64,000 nt of DNA, taken from Deltaproteobacteria bacterium. Lineage in GTDB: Bacteria > Myxococcota_A > UBA9160 > SMWR01. Positions 51,585 to 64,000 of the stretch are shown here, piece by piece. Positions within the stretch are counted from its first letter, which is position 1, and each line of letters opens with the position of its first letter. A program made the translations under genes and the position numbers. The notes beneath the pieces are model-generated. The model was not told the origin of the DNA, searched no databases, and saw only the letters and a list, made by a program, of their open reading frames with translations. Location of the stretch: NCBI GenBank assembly GCA_032128115.1, contig JAQBHB010000090.1, positions 1 through 64,000 of the forward strand. Reading direction: 5' to 3'.

Positions 51585-53717
51585 ATGCTGCGGAACTTCG
51601 GAGCGGCCCTGGCGGCGATCGCGGCGTTGACCTCCTGTGGGGGGGCTCCGCCTCCGCTGATCGCTGTCCATCGCCTGGTAAACGCCCCCTATCGGGATCC
51701 GGCTGGGAGCCGCCCGGAACACCTGATCACCCGCGTCCGCACCGCGTTCCTGCAAGCCCCCCCGTCCACGGCCGGAATCCCCACCGCCACCATCGACGAT
51801 GACACACGCACGGTGCTGGCGGCGCACCCGCGCGTGATGCTGCACTGGCCGAGGCTGCAGTTATCCGAGGGCGGCAATGTCGAGCTTGCGCTCTCGCTGG
51901 GCGACGGGTTCGCTGGCGCCACCCGGGCCACCGCTGTGCCGCATGTCTTCGACGCGGGAAGCTGGCACGGTCTGCCACCCCTTCACCTGGAGATTCGACC
52001 CGACGGACCCACGCTCGCCCGCTTCCATGCGGCGGAATCCGACCTTCCGCGTCCCGTGAGGGTTGCCCTGGAGGTGCATCGAATCCCGGAAGTGGGTCGA
52101 ACCAGCCATCGCACTGCGGAGCTGGAGATCCCATCGGAGAGCTTCCTCGACTTCGGGCTTGGCATCCTCGAGCCCGCCCGCGACCAGGGGGCCGTTCGCT
52201 TCCAGGTCTCGGTGTGCCGAGCCGACGCCTGCACTCCCGTGTTCGACGAATCCGTCGATCCGGGGGGCAGCGAGGCCGGATGGCGAGATCGCCGGGTATC
52301 CCTGGCCTCGCACAGCGGTCGCCGTTCCATCCGGTTTGAAACCGAGTACGCGGGCGGCGTGGACCGGGGATTCTCGCTCCCCGTGTGGGCCAACCCCACG
52401 ATTCTGGCCCCGGACACCCGCGGCGATCTCGGCCCGAACGTCCTGCTGATCAGCCTCGACACTTTACGCGCGGACCACCTGAGTCTGTACGGGTACGAGC
52501 GCGAGACTTCACCCTTCCTGCGCGACACCCTGGGACCCCGGAGCAGTGTCTTCGATGCCTACGTCTCGACCGCCACCACCACCGATCCCTCCCATATGAC
52601 CATGTTCACCTCGCTGTCCCCCAGCGTGCATGGCGTGGCAGACAAACTCACACCGTTGCAGGTTCCCGTAATCACTCTCGCGGAGGTTTTGCGAGCCCGT
52701 GGCTATGCCACCGCCGCCTTCACCGAAAACGGTCCCCTCGCCCACGGCCGGGGATTCGAGCTCGGCTTCGAGGCGTACACCGAGAACCAGAGCCCGATCT
52801 TCCTCCTGCCCCCTGGGCAGGTGAAGCGCACGTTCGCGCAGGCACGGAACTGGCTCGAGAACCACGACTCGCAGCGCTTCTTCCTGTTCCTCCACACCTT
52901 TCAGGTGCACTCTCCCTATGAGCCGCCGCCCGGATATCGTCAACTGTTTGACGGTGACGATTCATCAGCGCCGACGGGCGGACGGTCCACACGAAGCGCC
53001 CAGGAGCTCGTTTCCGACTACGATCGGGAGATCCGCTTCGTGGACGACGAGCTGCGCTCTCTTTTCGAGTGGCTCGATCGGCGCGACCTGACTGCCAACA
53101 CCGTGTTGGTGATCACGTCGGACCACGGCGAACAGTTCCAGGAGCACGGGATCCAGGGACACAAGGCGCCGCCCTTCGAGGAGTTGACCGGGATCCCATT
53201 GCTCGTGCACGGGCCTGGCATCCCGGCGGGTCGCCGCATTGCGCAGCCGATCTCGCAACTCGACCTGATGCCCAGCCTGCTCGAGCTGATCGGTGCGCCC
53301 GTCCCGGAGCAGGCCCGGGGCATTTCATTCGCGGGGCTGCTGGCGGAAGCAGAACCGGAACCCGGTGCACGCACCCGGCCCCTCTTCACGTCCGGGTGGG
53401 TACTGCCGAATGAATTCCAGGTGCCGTCGCTGGCGGTTCGCGTGAACGAGCGCAAGCTGATTCGCACTCGCACGAGCGATGGCGTCGATCACTACTCTTA
53501 CTTCGATCTGTCGAACGATCCGGGCGAGATGCGAAACCGATTCTCGGGACATCGAGCCGAGGCGGCGGATCTGATGGCGCTGCTGCGGGAGCACGAGCGC
53601 GACGCGAAAGCCAGCCGCGACGCGCTTCGCGCTGGAAATCTGCCCGGTGAGCCCACCCCTCCGGCCTTCGATCCGCAACGCGACGAGCAGCTGCGCGCTC
53701 TCGGCTACATCGAGTGA
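51585..53717 (+). CDS. Sulfatase-like lipoprotein (alkaline phosphatase superfamily)
   Basis: LTSC lipobox; NVLLISLDTLRADHL, TDPSH, VHSPY, TSDHGE, LRALGY. Confidence 0.88.
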   Translation: MLRNFGAALAAIAALTSCGGAPPPLIAVHRLVNAPYRDPAGSRPEHLITRVRTAFLQAPPSTAGIPTATIDDDTRTVLAAHPRVMLHWPRLQLSEGGNVELALSLGDGFAGATRATAVPHVFDAGSWHGLPPLHLEIRPDGPTLARFHAAESDLPRPVRVALEVHRIPEVGRTSHRTAELEIPSESFLDFGLGILEPARDQGAVRFQVSVCRADACTPVFDESVDPGGSEAGWRDRRVSLASHSGRRSIRFETEYAGGVDRGFSLPVWANPTILAPDTRGDLGPNVLLISLDTLRADHLSLYGYERETSPFLRDTLGPRSSVFDAYVSTATTTDPSHMTMFTSLSPSVHGVADKLTPLQVPVITLAEVLRARGYATAAFTENGPLAHGRGFELGFEAYTENQSPIFLLPPGQVKRTFAQARNWLENHDSQRFFLFLHTFQVHSPYEPPPGYRQLFDGDDSSAPTGGRSTRSAQELVSDYDREIRFVDDELRSLFEWLDRRDLTANTVLVITSDHGEQFQEHGIQGHKAPPFEELTGIPLLVHGPGIPAGRRIAQPISQLDLMPSLLELIGAPVPEQARGISFAGLLAEAEPEPGARTRPLFTSGWVLPNEFQVPSLAVRVNERKLIRTRTSDGVDHYSYFDLSNDPGEMRNRFSGHRAEAADLMALLREHERDAKASRDALRAGNLPGEPTPPAFDPQRDEQLRALGYIE

Positions 53718-53858
53718 CTCGCCACCGAATCCGATCTGTTCAGCTTCTACGACGGATTCTCTAGCAAATTCCACAGGTTGAAGATTTCCAGGTCCGGCCT
53801 CGGCATCCGGGTCCCGGGAGACGTGGAGTCGACTTCGCTCTTGGAGCGAGCGAAATTC

Positions 53859-53904
53859 CCGTGCCAGCCACAAAATCCGTGCCAGCCACAAAATGGGTGG
53901 CTGG
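53859..53904. repeat. 18-bp tandem duplication followed by an inverted partial copy
   Basis: CCGTGCCAGCCACAAAAT x2 then GTGGCTGG, complementary to CCAGCCAC. Confidence 0.92.
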
Positions 53905-53947
53905 GGCAGGCGGGGCTCCCCCCGCCAGAATTTCGAGAAGAGTGGCC

Positions 53948-54979
53948 ATGACGAAGAAGATCCGACCTGGCTACCTCCTCCCGAGCGCCGCCTACACCAT
54001 CAGTCCCAAGCAGATCCGGCTCTACGAGATGTTGGATCGGACGCCCTTGCCGGGTGATGTCGTATACGGTCGTGTGACATCCATCGGCCAGCACGGCTCG
54101 CTGGAGAACAAGCAGGGGCGAATCCACCAGATCAACGACGGGGTGCGCGCGGTCTTCGTATTCGGGAATCGTTACGCCCCGGATGCATTCGAGGGATTCG
54201 TTCCCGAGACGGCGGTGACCGAGGCCGACGTGCTCGCACGCTCAGGAATGATCGGTCAGGTTCGAGAGAAGAATATCCAGATGAAAGACCCGACCCGGGT
54301 GGAGATCCTCGGCTACGTCGTGGATAAAGCGGGGGCGCCGCTCAATACCATGGACTACTCCATCGCGCTCCCGAAGCATCCGCTCGACCCGCGGAAGCGG
54401 CGCGCCAAGATGATCCTCCACATCGGGACGAGCATGAATTCCGGAAAGAGCACGTCTGCCGTCGCTTGTTGCTGGGCTCTCGCGGCGATGGGGCACGGCG
54501 TTCGGGCGAGCAAGGTGACGGGAACGTCCAGTCTCAAGGACATCCTGCACATGCAGGACGCGGGCGCCGAGATCGTTTCCGACTTCTCGTACCTCGGCTA
54601 CCCGTCGACCTACATGCTCGACTTCGACGTCGTCGTAGAGATCTTCAAGAAACTCGATGCAAAGATCGGAAACAATCCCCAGAAATTCTGGATCGTAGAG
54701 TTCGCCGACGGAATCCTCCAGCGCGAAACCTCCGCCTTGCTTCGAGACGAGTACGTCCGATCACGGATTCACAAGCTCGTATTTTCTGCGTCTGACGTAT
54801 TCGGAGCGATCGGAGGTCTCCGGATTCTTCGGGATGAGTTCGACCTCGAGCCCAATGCGATCTCGGGTCGCTGTACCTCATCCCCACTCATGATTCGAGA
54901 GCTCGAGGATCGAACGGCGATTCCGATCTACAACAACATGATCCGAAATCTGCGTCAGCTTGGCGAGCTGCTGTTGTGA
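53948..54979 (+). CDS. DUF1611-like P-loop protein
   Basis: GDVV, GNRYAPDAFEG, GTSMNSGKST, KVTGT, DAGA, PSTY, EFADGILQRET. Confidence 0.7.
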   Translation: MTKKIRPGYLLPSAAYTISPKQIRLYEMLDRTPLPGDVVYGRVTSIGQHGSLENKQGRIHQINDGVRAVFVFGNRYAPDAFEGFVPETAVTEADVLARSGMIGQVREKNIQMKDPTRVEILGYVVDKAGAPLNTMDYSIALPKHPLDPRKRRAKMILHIGTSMNSGKSTSAVACCWALAAMGHGVRASKVTGTSSLKDILHMQDAGAEIVSDFSYLGYPSTYMLDFDVVVEIFKKLDAKIGNNPQKFWIVEFADGILQRETSALLRDEYVRSRIHKLVFSASDVFGAIGGLRILRDEFDLEPNAISGRCTSSPLMIRELEDRTAIPIYNNMIRNLRQLGELLL

Positions 54980-55932
54980 GCCGAAGCCCGGTCGTCGTGG
55001 CAGTGCACGGCGGGGCGGGTCGCCTGCCCTCATCGAAGACCCGGGCGCCGGAACGCAGGCGTTACGATCACGGGATCGCGCGAGCTCTCCTCGCGGCCCA
55101 GCGGGTGTTGGTGTCCGGCGGGTCCGCGGTTCGAGCTGTGACGGCTGCAGTCGTCATTCTCGAAGACGACGAGGCCTTCAACGCGGGCAGGGGCAGCGCC
55201 CTCTGTGAAGACGGGACGGTCGAACTCAGTGCGTCCGTGATGAACGGCAGGAATCTCGCCGCAGGCGCAATGGTGGGCCTGAAGCGGACCCGGAATCCCG
55301 TTCTGGCCGCCCGAGCGCTGATGAAACATACGCACGGTCTACTGTTCGGGGCGTGGGGCGACTCTTTTGCAGAGAGCGCTGGCCTGGAGATGGTTCCGCC
55401 TGCCTATTTCATGACCAGGGAACGTGAGAAGCAATGGCGGCGGCTCAAGAGCAAGGGAACCATCGCTTTGGACCACAGCAACGACGAGCCGGTCCACGGA
55501 ACCGTGGGTGCCGTTGCGCTCGATCGCCGCGGCAATCTCGCGGCTGCCACGTCCACCGGTGGGCTCGTCAACCAGCTGAGAGGCAGGGTTGGCGACACTC
55601 CCGTGGTGGGATCGGGAACCTGGGCGAATGGCGTCTGTGCGGTGAGCGCGACGGGCACCGGAGATGCGTTTGCCCGCGTGGCATTCGGCAGGCGCGTTGC
55701 CGACCTGATCGAACTGGCAGGCTTGTCACCCGTTGAGGCGGCACAACAGACCTTGGATGACGTGCGCCGCATCAAGGGTCAGGGAGGCTGCATCCTCGTC
55801 AGTGCCGCGGGAGAGGTTGTTTGTCCCTTCATCAGCGCCCAGATGGTGCGGGGATGGGTGGTGGACGGCGGCCTCCCCACGGTGGCGATCCTGCCTGGAG
55901 AAGCCCTGGTGATATCCGAGAGCGTCGAATGA
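54976..55932 (+). CDS. iaaA: Isoaspartyl peptidase / plant-type L-asparaginase (Ntn hydrolase)
   Basis: VHGGAG, FNAGRG, GTVGAVA (Thr nucleophile), AATSTGG, GRVGDTP, SATGTGD; GTGA overlap. Confidence 0.92.
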   Translation: MSRSPVVVAVHGGAGRLPSSKTRAPERRRYDHGIARALLAAQRVLVSGGSAVRAVTAAVVILEDDEAFNAGRGSALCEDGTVELSASVMNGRNLAAGAMVGLKRTRNPVLAARALMKHTHGLLFGAWGDSFAESAGLEMVPPAYFMTREREKQWRRLKSKGTIALDHSNDEPVHGTVGAVALDRRGNLAAATSTGGLVNQLRGRVGDTPVVGSGTWANGVCAVSATGTGDAFARVAFGRRVADLIELAGLSPVEAAQQTLDDVRRIKGQGGCILVSAAGEVVCPFISAQMVRGWVVDGGLPTVAILPGEALVISESVE

Positions 55933-55950
55933 TCGTCCAGGGCCGCGGGA

Positions 55951-58266
55951 TCACAGCGGGTCGCACAGCAGGACTTCCGTCACCCCGCCGGGCCGCTCCT
56001 CGTTGGACGACGCATCACACACATCGTCGTCGCTGCAGAAGTTCTTGATCGTTCCCGTGGGCGTCAGGAATTCGAGCAACTGATCGATCGAGGCGGGGAT
56101 CGTGAATCGGAGTGCGTGCGGGTCGCAGACGCTGCTGGGAATCGTATTCGCAAGCGCCGGGATCACTGCATCGAAGGCCGGATCGAACACGTCGAAGGAG
56201 CCCGTGTCGTAGATCATCATCGCCGAGTCGAGGCCGCCCACCCCCTCCGGAACGTCGGGAATCTCGACGAGCCCCTGAAGCAGCGAACCATCCAGGCTCG
56301 GGATGCCCAGCGACCGCGCCATGATTTCCGAGGCCTGGTTCGAGACCTGCTTGTCGAGCCAGGCCACCGTCATCAGCATGTGCTTGGCGATCCCCGGCTG
56401 GCCGTCGTGATCGTCCAGGGGTGACTCGACGAGTCCGGTGACGTGGCGCACGGCGCTGGCGGGCTCCGAACTCACCCACTGTTCGTGCAGCAGACCCAGC
56501 CCCAGCGCTGTCTCCATGGGATCCGCCAGGCCCACGTTCGACAGCAGGCTCTCGAACGTGATGAACTGGGTCGAGCGTTGCAGGAGCAGCGAGAAGTTCA
56601 TCGCAGGCACATCGATGTTGAAACGCTGGATGTCGTTCGTCAGGGCCGCGAGCCAGGTTCCCATGATCCCGCCGAGGCTGACGCCGACGTAGAATTCCTG
56701 CTCGCCGGAGCCCGGGAACACGCCCGTACTGGAGCCGGTGCCCGGATCCGTCTGGAACTCGGCGAAGTCGTTCAGCAGGGTCCCCTTCATCAGATGCGTC
56801 AACACCAGGGTGTTGAGCATCCCCTGCTTGAGGCGAGCCGTGAAGGCCGGAAAGTTGTTCAGCTGGTGGTTGAAGAGCCCGATGATGCCCGCTCCGACCC
56901 AGTTGAAGTCGAAGCTCGAGAGGCCTCGGTAATCCGTGGCGCCCGCGATGTAGGGGAACGAATCGTCGGCGAACTCGTCCACGAGGCCAGCGGCGAGGGT
57001 GTCGACCATCCCCGCGCCATTTCCGAACAGGCCGTGTCCCAGGAGCAGCGGCCGAACGGTCACGCCCCCGTTGAAGACGCTGCAGGGGATCATGAAGTCT
57101 ACGTTGGCGTCGATCGTTTCCTGGCCAATCGTGGTGTTCTGGATCGGATTGCCGTTGCCATCGACATTCAGGAACGGAATGTGGCCGTCGTCCAGGGGTC
57201 CAGCGAGATAGTTGGGAACGTGGATCGTCAGCTTCAATCGGCGCCATACCTGGGTTCCGGGCACTGCGCAGTTGAAGACGTTCGCGGCGTTGAACGCCGC
57301 GTGGCTGGCCAGATCGATGTTGCTGGCCTGGAATGTCGCCGGGTTGGCTTCGATGTAGGTCAACACCTCGTCGCGCATGCTGAGGATCTGGTGGGTGAGC
57401 TGGTGTTCGCTCTGCACCACGAAGTCGAAGGCGAGAACCAGGTCGTCTCGCGGCACGCCATTCGCCGCAAGAATCTGGAAGATCTCCTCCATGTCTGCGC
57501 GCCGGCTCTCGAGCGCCGGGATCGTGCTGGGACGGGCGTCGCGAAGCGCCGCGAAGACGCCCTCGGGCTCGACGGGCGCCGCCACGGGATCCACCAGGTT
57601 GCGCATCGCGACGATGTAGCGATGGCCGGGCACGAGGCTCTTGCCCGGGCGCAGGAAGAGCACCTGTCGCTGGGGATTCCCGATCGCGCGTGCGTCGTTC
57701 TCGATGAAGTGGAGGATGCGCTCGCCGGTGTCGGCGTCGAGCAGCACCGAGGGGCTGTCGGTGTCCAGCGAGCGGTCGTCGTGGGTGCGCACGTTCTCAT
57801 AGGGCGTCTGATTCAGCTGACCGCAGCAATCCGGGTCCAGCAACCGCGACGCGTCCGACGCCTCCACGTCCACGCCGGCCGGGAAGTGCATGAGGATCTG
57901 CACGGTCGGGCTGAAGCCGTCGAGCTCGTTGAGGGGGTCCGGAACAAACGCCGGACCGTTCAGGACGGGCATGCCCACCTGGGGCAGCGCCACCTGCAGT
58001 GCGTTGCCGGGCCCGCCGCCCGCGGCCACCAGGAAGCGCGACGACGGATAGGGCAGGAGGCACTCCTCGTTGTTGAGGATCTCGCAAGCGTCCACGTCCT
58101 GGAGGTCGGCGATCTCGAAGACGACCCCATCGACGAGTTTGGGCCCCGTGGGGTTGTTGGGGTCGTCGATCTGGGCGGTGAGGATCCGAGGCCCGTCGAC
58201 AGCGGGGATCGCGACCGTGCCGACGATGCCCCCGCCGGGGGCTTTATGCGATACCCATACTCGCAC
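55951..58266 (-). CDS. Large acidic lipase-like alpha/beta hydrolase, probably 5'-truncated
   Basis: CLLPYPS, LNELDGFSP, GHGLFG, GVSLGG, DKQV, DPH; no signal peptide. Confidence 0.65.
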   Translation of the reverse strand: MRVWVSHKAPGGGIVGTVAIPAVDGPRILTAQIDDPNNPTGPKLVDGVVFEIADLQDVDACEILNNEECLLPYPSSRFLVAAGGGPGNALQVALPQVGMPVLNGPAFVPDPLNELDGFSPTVQILMHFPAGVDVEASDASRLLDPDCCGQLNQTPYENVRTHDDRSLDTDSPSVLLDADTGERILHFIENDARAIGNPQRQVLFLRPGKSLVPGHRYIVAMRNLVDPVAAPVEPEGVFAALRDARPSTIPALESRRADMEEIFQILAANGVPRDDLVLAFDFVVQSEHQLTHQILSMRDEVLTYIEANPATFQASNIDLASHAAFNAANVFNCAVPGTQVWRRLKLTIHVPNYLAGPLDDGHIPFLNVDGNGNPIQNTTIGQETIDANVDFMIPCSVFNGGVTVRPLLLGHGLFGNGAGMVDTLAAGLVDEFADDSFPYIAGATDYRGLSSFDFNWVGAGIIGLFNHQLNNFPAFTARLKQGMLNTLVLTHLMKGTLLNDFAEFQTDPGTGSSTGVFPGSGEQEFYVGVSLGGIMGTWLAALTNDIQRFNIDVPAMNFSLLLQRSTQFITFESLLSNVGLADPMETALGLGLLHEQWVSSEPASAVRHVTGLVESPLDDHDGQPGIAKHMLMTVAWLDKQVSNQASEIMARSLGIPSLDGSLLQGLVEIPDVPEGVGGLDSAMMIYDTGSFDVFDPAFDAVIPALANTIPSSVCDPHALRFTIPASIDQLLEFLTPTGTIKNFCSDDDVCDASSNEERPGGVTEVLLCDPL

Positions 58267-58465
58267 CTCGAGCCAGAACGCAGCCTGAACCTCCTATGCC
58301 CGATTGGTGCTATCGCGCTCCCCCGGTGTCGCGTCGCGGCAAGGAGACCCGGGCTCGCCGCGGGTTTCTGCTTCAAGATCCGGCTGCTAGCGTATCATCT
58401 TGCGTGCAGTTCTTATACACTTCGGATGTTGCATCTGGTGGAGCTGCGCCTGACGGAGCCGAGCC

Positions 58466-59940
58466 ATGGCCTTCCTTGAAGACTTCGGACACGACGTCTT
58501 CATCAGCTACGCGCACATCGACAACCAGCCCGATCGCGAAGGCGAGCGCGGTTGGGTCGAGAGTTTCGAGCGGGCGCTCAAGCTGAGACTGCTCAAGCGT
58601 TTCGGGCGCGAGGTGGGGGTCTGGCGCGATCCCGAACTCGCTCGCTCCCAGCGCTTTGATCCGGTCATCCAGGCCGCGGTCGAGGGCTCTGCGATCATGA
58701 TCTCGCTGATCAGCGAGAGCTATCTGGCCTCGGACTACTGCCAGCAGGAAATGAGGTGGTTCGCCGCAAAGATGGCTGCGGAACCCGCGGGGGCCACGGT
58801 GGGCCACTACGTTCGGGTGTTTCCCGTGCTCCTCTACAACGTTCCACCCGGCGATTGGCCCGAAGCCTGCCGCGACACCTCCGGCTTCCGTTTCCACGAC
58901 GCGGTTGAACGCGGTTTCGGAAAACCGCTGCACCCACAGCGCGACGACTTCACCGATCGACTCTGCGAGTTGGTGGAGGAGTTGCACACCGTGCTTACAA
59001 CTCTCTCGAAGCGGACCGGCGATCTCGAAGCCCCCGCAGAGGAACCGCGGGCAGTATTCCTGGCGGAGGTGTCGGACGACTTGAGAAGAGACCGCCGCCA
59101 TCTGGGCCTCGATCTCGAGAAACAGGGCATCGAGGTCGTCAGCGGCATCCTGCCCGCCGACGCACGAACCCAGTACGAGGCGGCGGTGGTCAAGGCGCTG
59201 GGAAAGTCGAAGCTCTCGGTCCACCTGCTGGGCACCCTTGCCGGTCGACCACTGGACGAGTCAGATCCCGAGAGGACCTATCCGGTGGAGCAGATGCGGA
59301 TCGGGCTCGAACACGCCCGTTCCCAGCTGGTGGTCCTGCCGCCGGAGTTCGAGCGAGAGGACATCCAGGAGCCCGGGTACGCGGACCTGATCAGCTCGTT
59401 GCAGGAACGGCAGCGAGAAGCCGAGCGGCTCGAGATCGTCCGGATGGGTCGCACCCAACTCGCCGAGGAGGTTCTGTCCAAGCTCAAGCGACTCGACGCG
59501 CAGGAGAAGGCAAAGCGAGTCGCTTCCGCGCCGAGCGGCGAGAGCAGAGCCTTCGTCGACTTGCACATCAACGACCTGTCCTCGGCCGGGGATCTCGTTG
59601 GATATCTTCAGCGCAACGATCTCCCGGCCATCACGATTCCCTCGGGTGATCTCGACCCGGCGGCCGGACTGTCCCTGTTCGAGGAGAATTTGACCAAGGC
59701 GCGTTTCTTCATCGTCGTCTTCGGGAGCGTCGCGCGCAGCTGGGTCGAGCAACGCCTGAACGAAGCATTGAAACTCATCCTGAGCAATCGACTCAGTACG
59801 CGCGTCGGTGTCTATCTGGCACCCCCCCACAAATCGGCAGCGGAAGCGATGTTTCCCCCCTTCTTCCGGGTCATGAACAACACCGACCACTTCGACCCGA
59901 AGACCGTGGACGCACTGCTTCGAGAGCCGCCCGAGTCTCC

Positions 59941-59944
<4 letters not shown>
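58466..59944 (+). CDS. TIR-domain protein with two further TIR-like domains
   Basis: DVFISYAH, VWRD, SESYLASDYCQQEM; additional beta/alpha units starting RAVFLAE and RAFVDLH. Confidence 0.88.
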
Positions 59945-63801
<3,857 letters not shown>

Positions 63802-63809
63802 CGCTTGCG

Positions 63810-64000
63810 GTGTACGAGCCCAGACCCCTCGATACGGATCTCGCCGAGCTCGATCCCGAGTTGCACGCCCTGCTCGAGCGGCTGGCCGAACACCACCACG
63901 ACCTCTGGGCCCGCGCGCAGATGCGCGAAGGCTGGCGCCACGGGGCCACACGCGACGAAGACCGCAAGCTCGACCCGCGCCTGATTCCGTACACGGAGCT
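63810..64000 (+). CDS. RyR (ryanodine receptor repeat) domain protein, runs off window
   Basis: GTG 8 nt after STAND stop: MYEPRPLDTDLAELDPELHALLERLAEHHHDLWARAQMREGWRHGATRDEDRKLDPRLIPYTE; not in the ORF track. Confidence 0.85.
   Translation, partial: MYEPRPLDTDLAELDPELHALLERLAEHHHDLWARAQMREGWRHGATRDEDRKLDPRLIPYTE

Noticed and set aside
53747..53860. Minus-strand peptide ...PRPDLEIFNLWNLLENPS as a gene remnant
   Set aside because: Too short, with no recognisable family

Overview
GC-rich bacterial genomic window; the gene repertoire (PilZ, myxobacterial-style WD40 STAND, many Actinobacteria-like lipid/steroid redox enzymes) suggests a Myxococcota-like organism, which is an inference. Left to right: the 3' part of a complex I operon (nuoH', J, K, L, M, N; no nuoI here), lepB, a coupled serS-selB pair, a tandem PilZ protein, fatty-acid cis/trans isomerase, hydrolases and oxidoreductases, glutamate decarboxylase, a DUF1326/DUF2182 pair, a GDP-deoxysugar plus glycosyltransferase cluster whose DegT-family enzyme has the His of ColD-type dehydratases, an amidohydrolase, a complete mrpABCDEFG operon coupled to fhs, catabolic genes (CoA-transferase, GH3, two P450s, sulfatase-like lipoprotein), a DUF1611-like P-loop plus isoaspartyl peptidase pair, and a probably 5'-truncated lipase-like gene. 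The best candidate for an undescribed system is at the right end: a coupled operon of a three-TIR-like-domain protein, an effector-less membrane-anchored nSTAND1 NTPase with 16 WD40 repeats, and a RyR-domain gene that is absent from the ORF track and runs off the window. No rRNA, tRNA, CRISPR array or transposase/integrase was recognised. All family calls come from reading motifs by eye, not from database searches.
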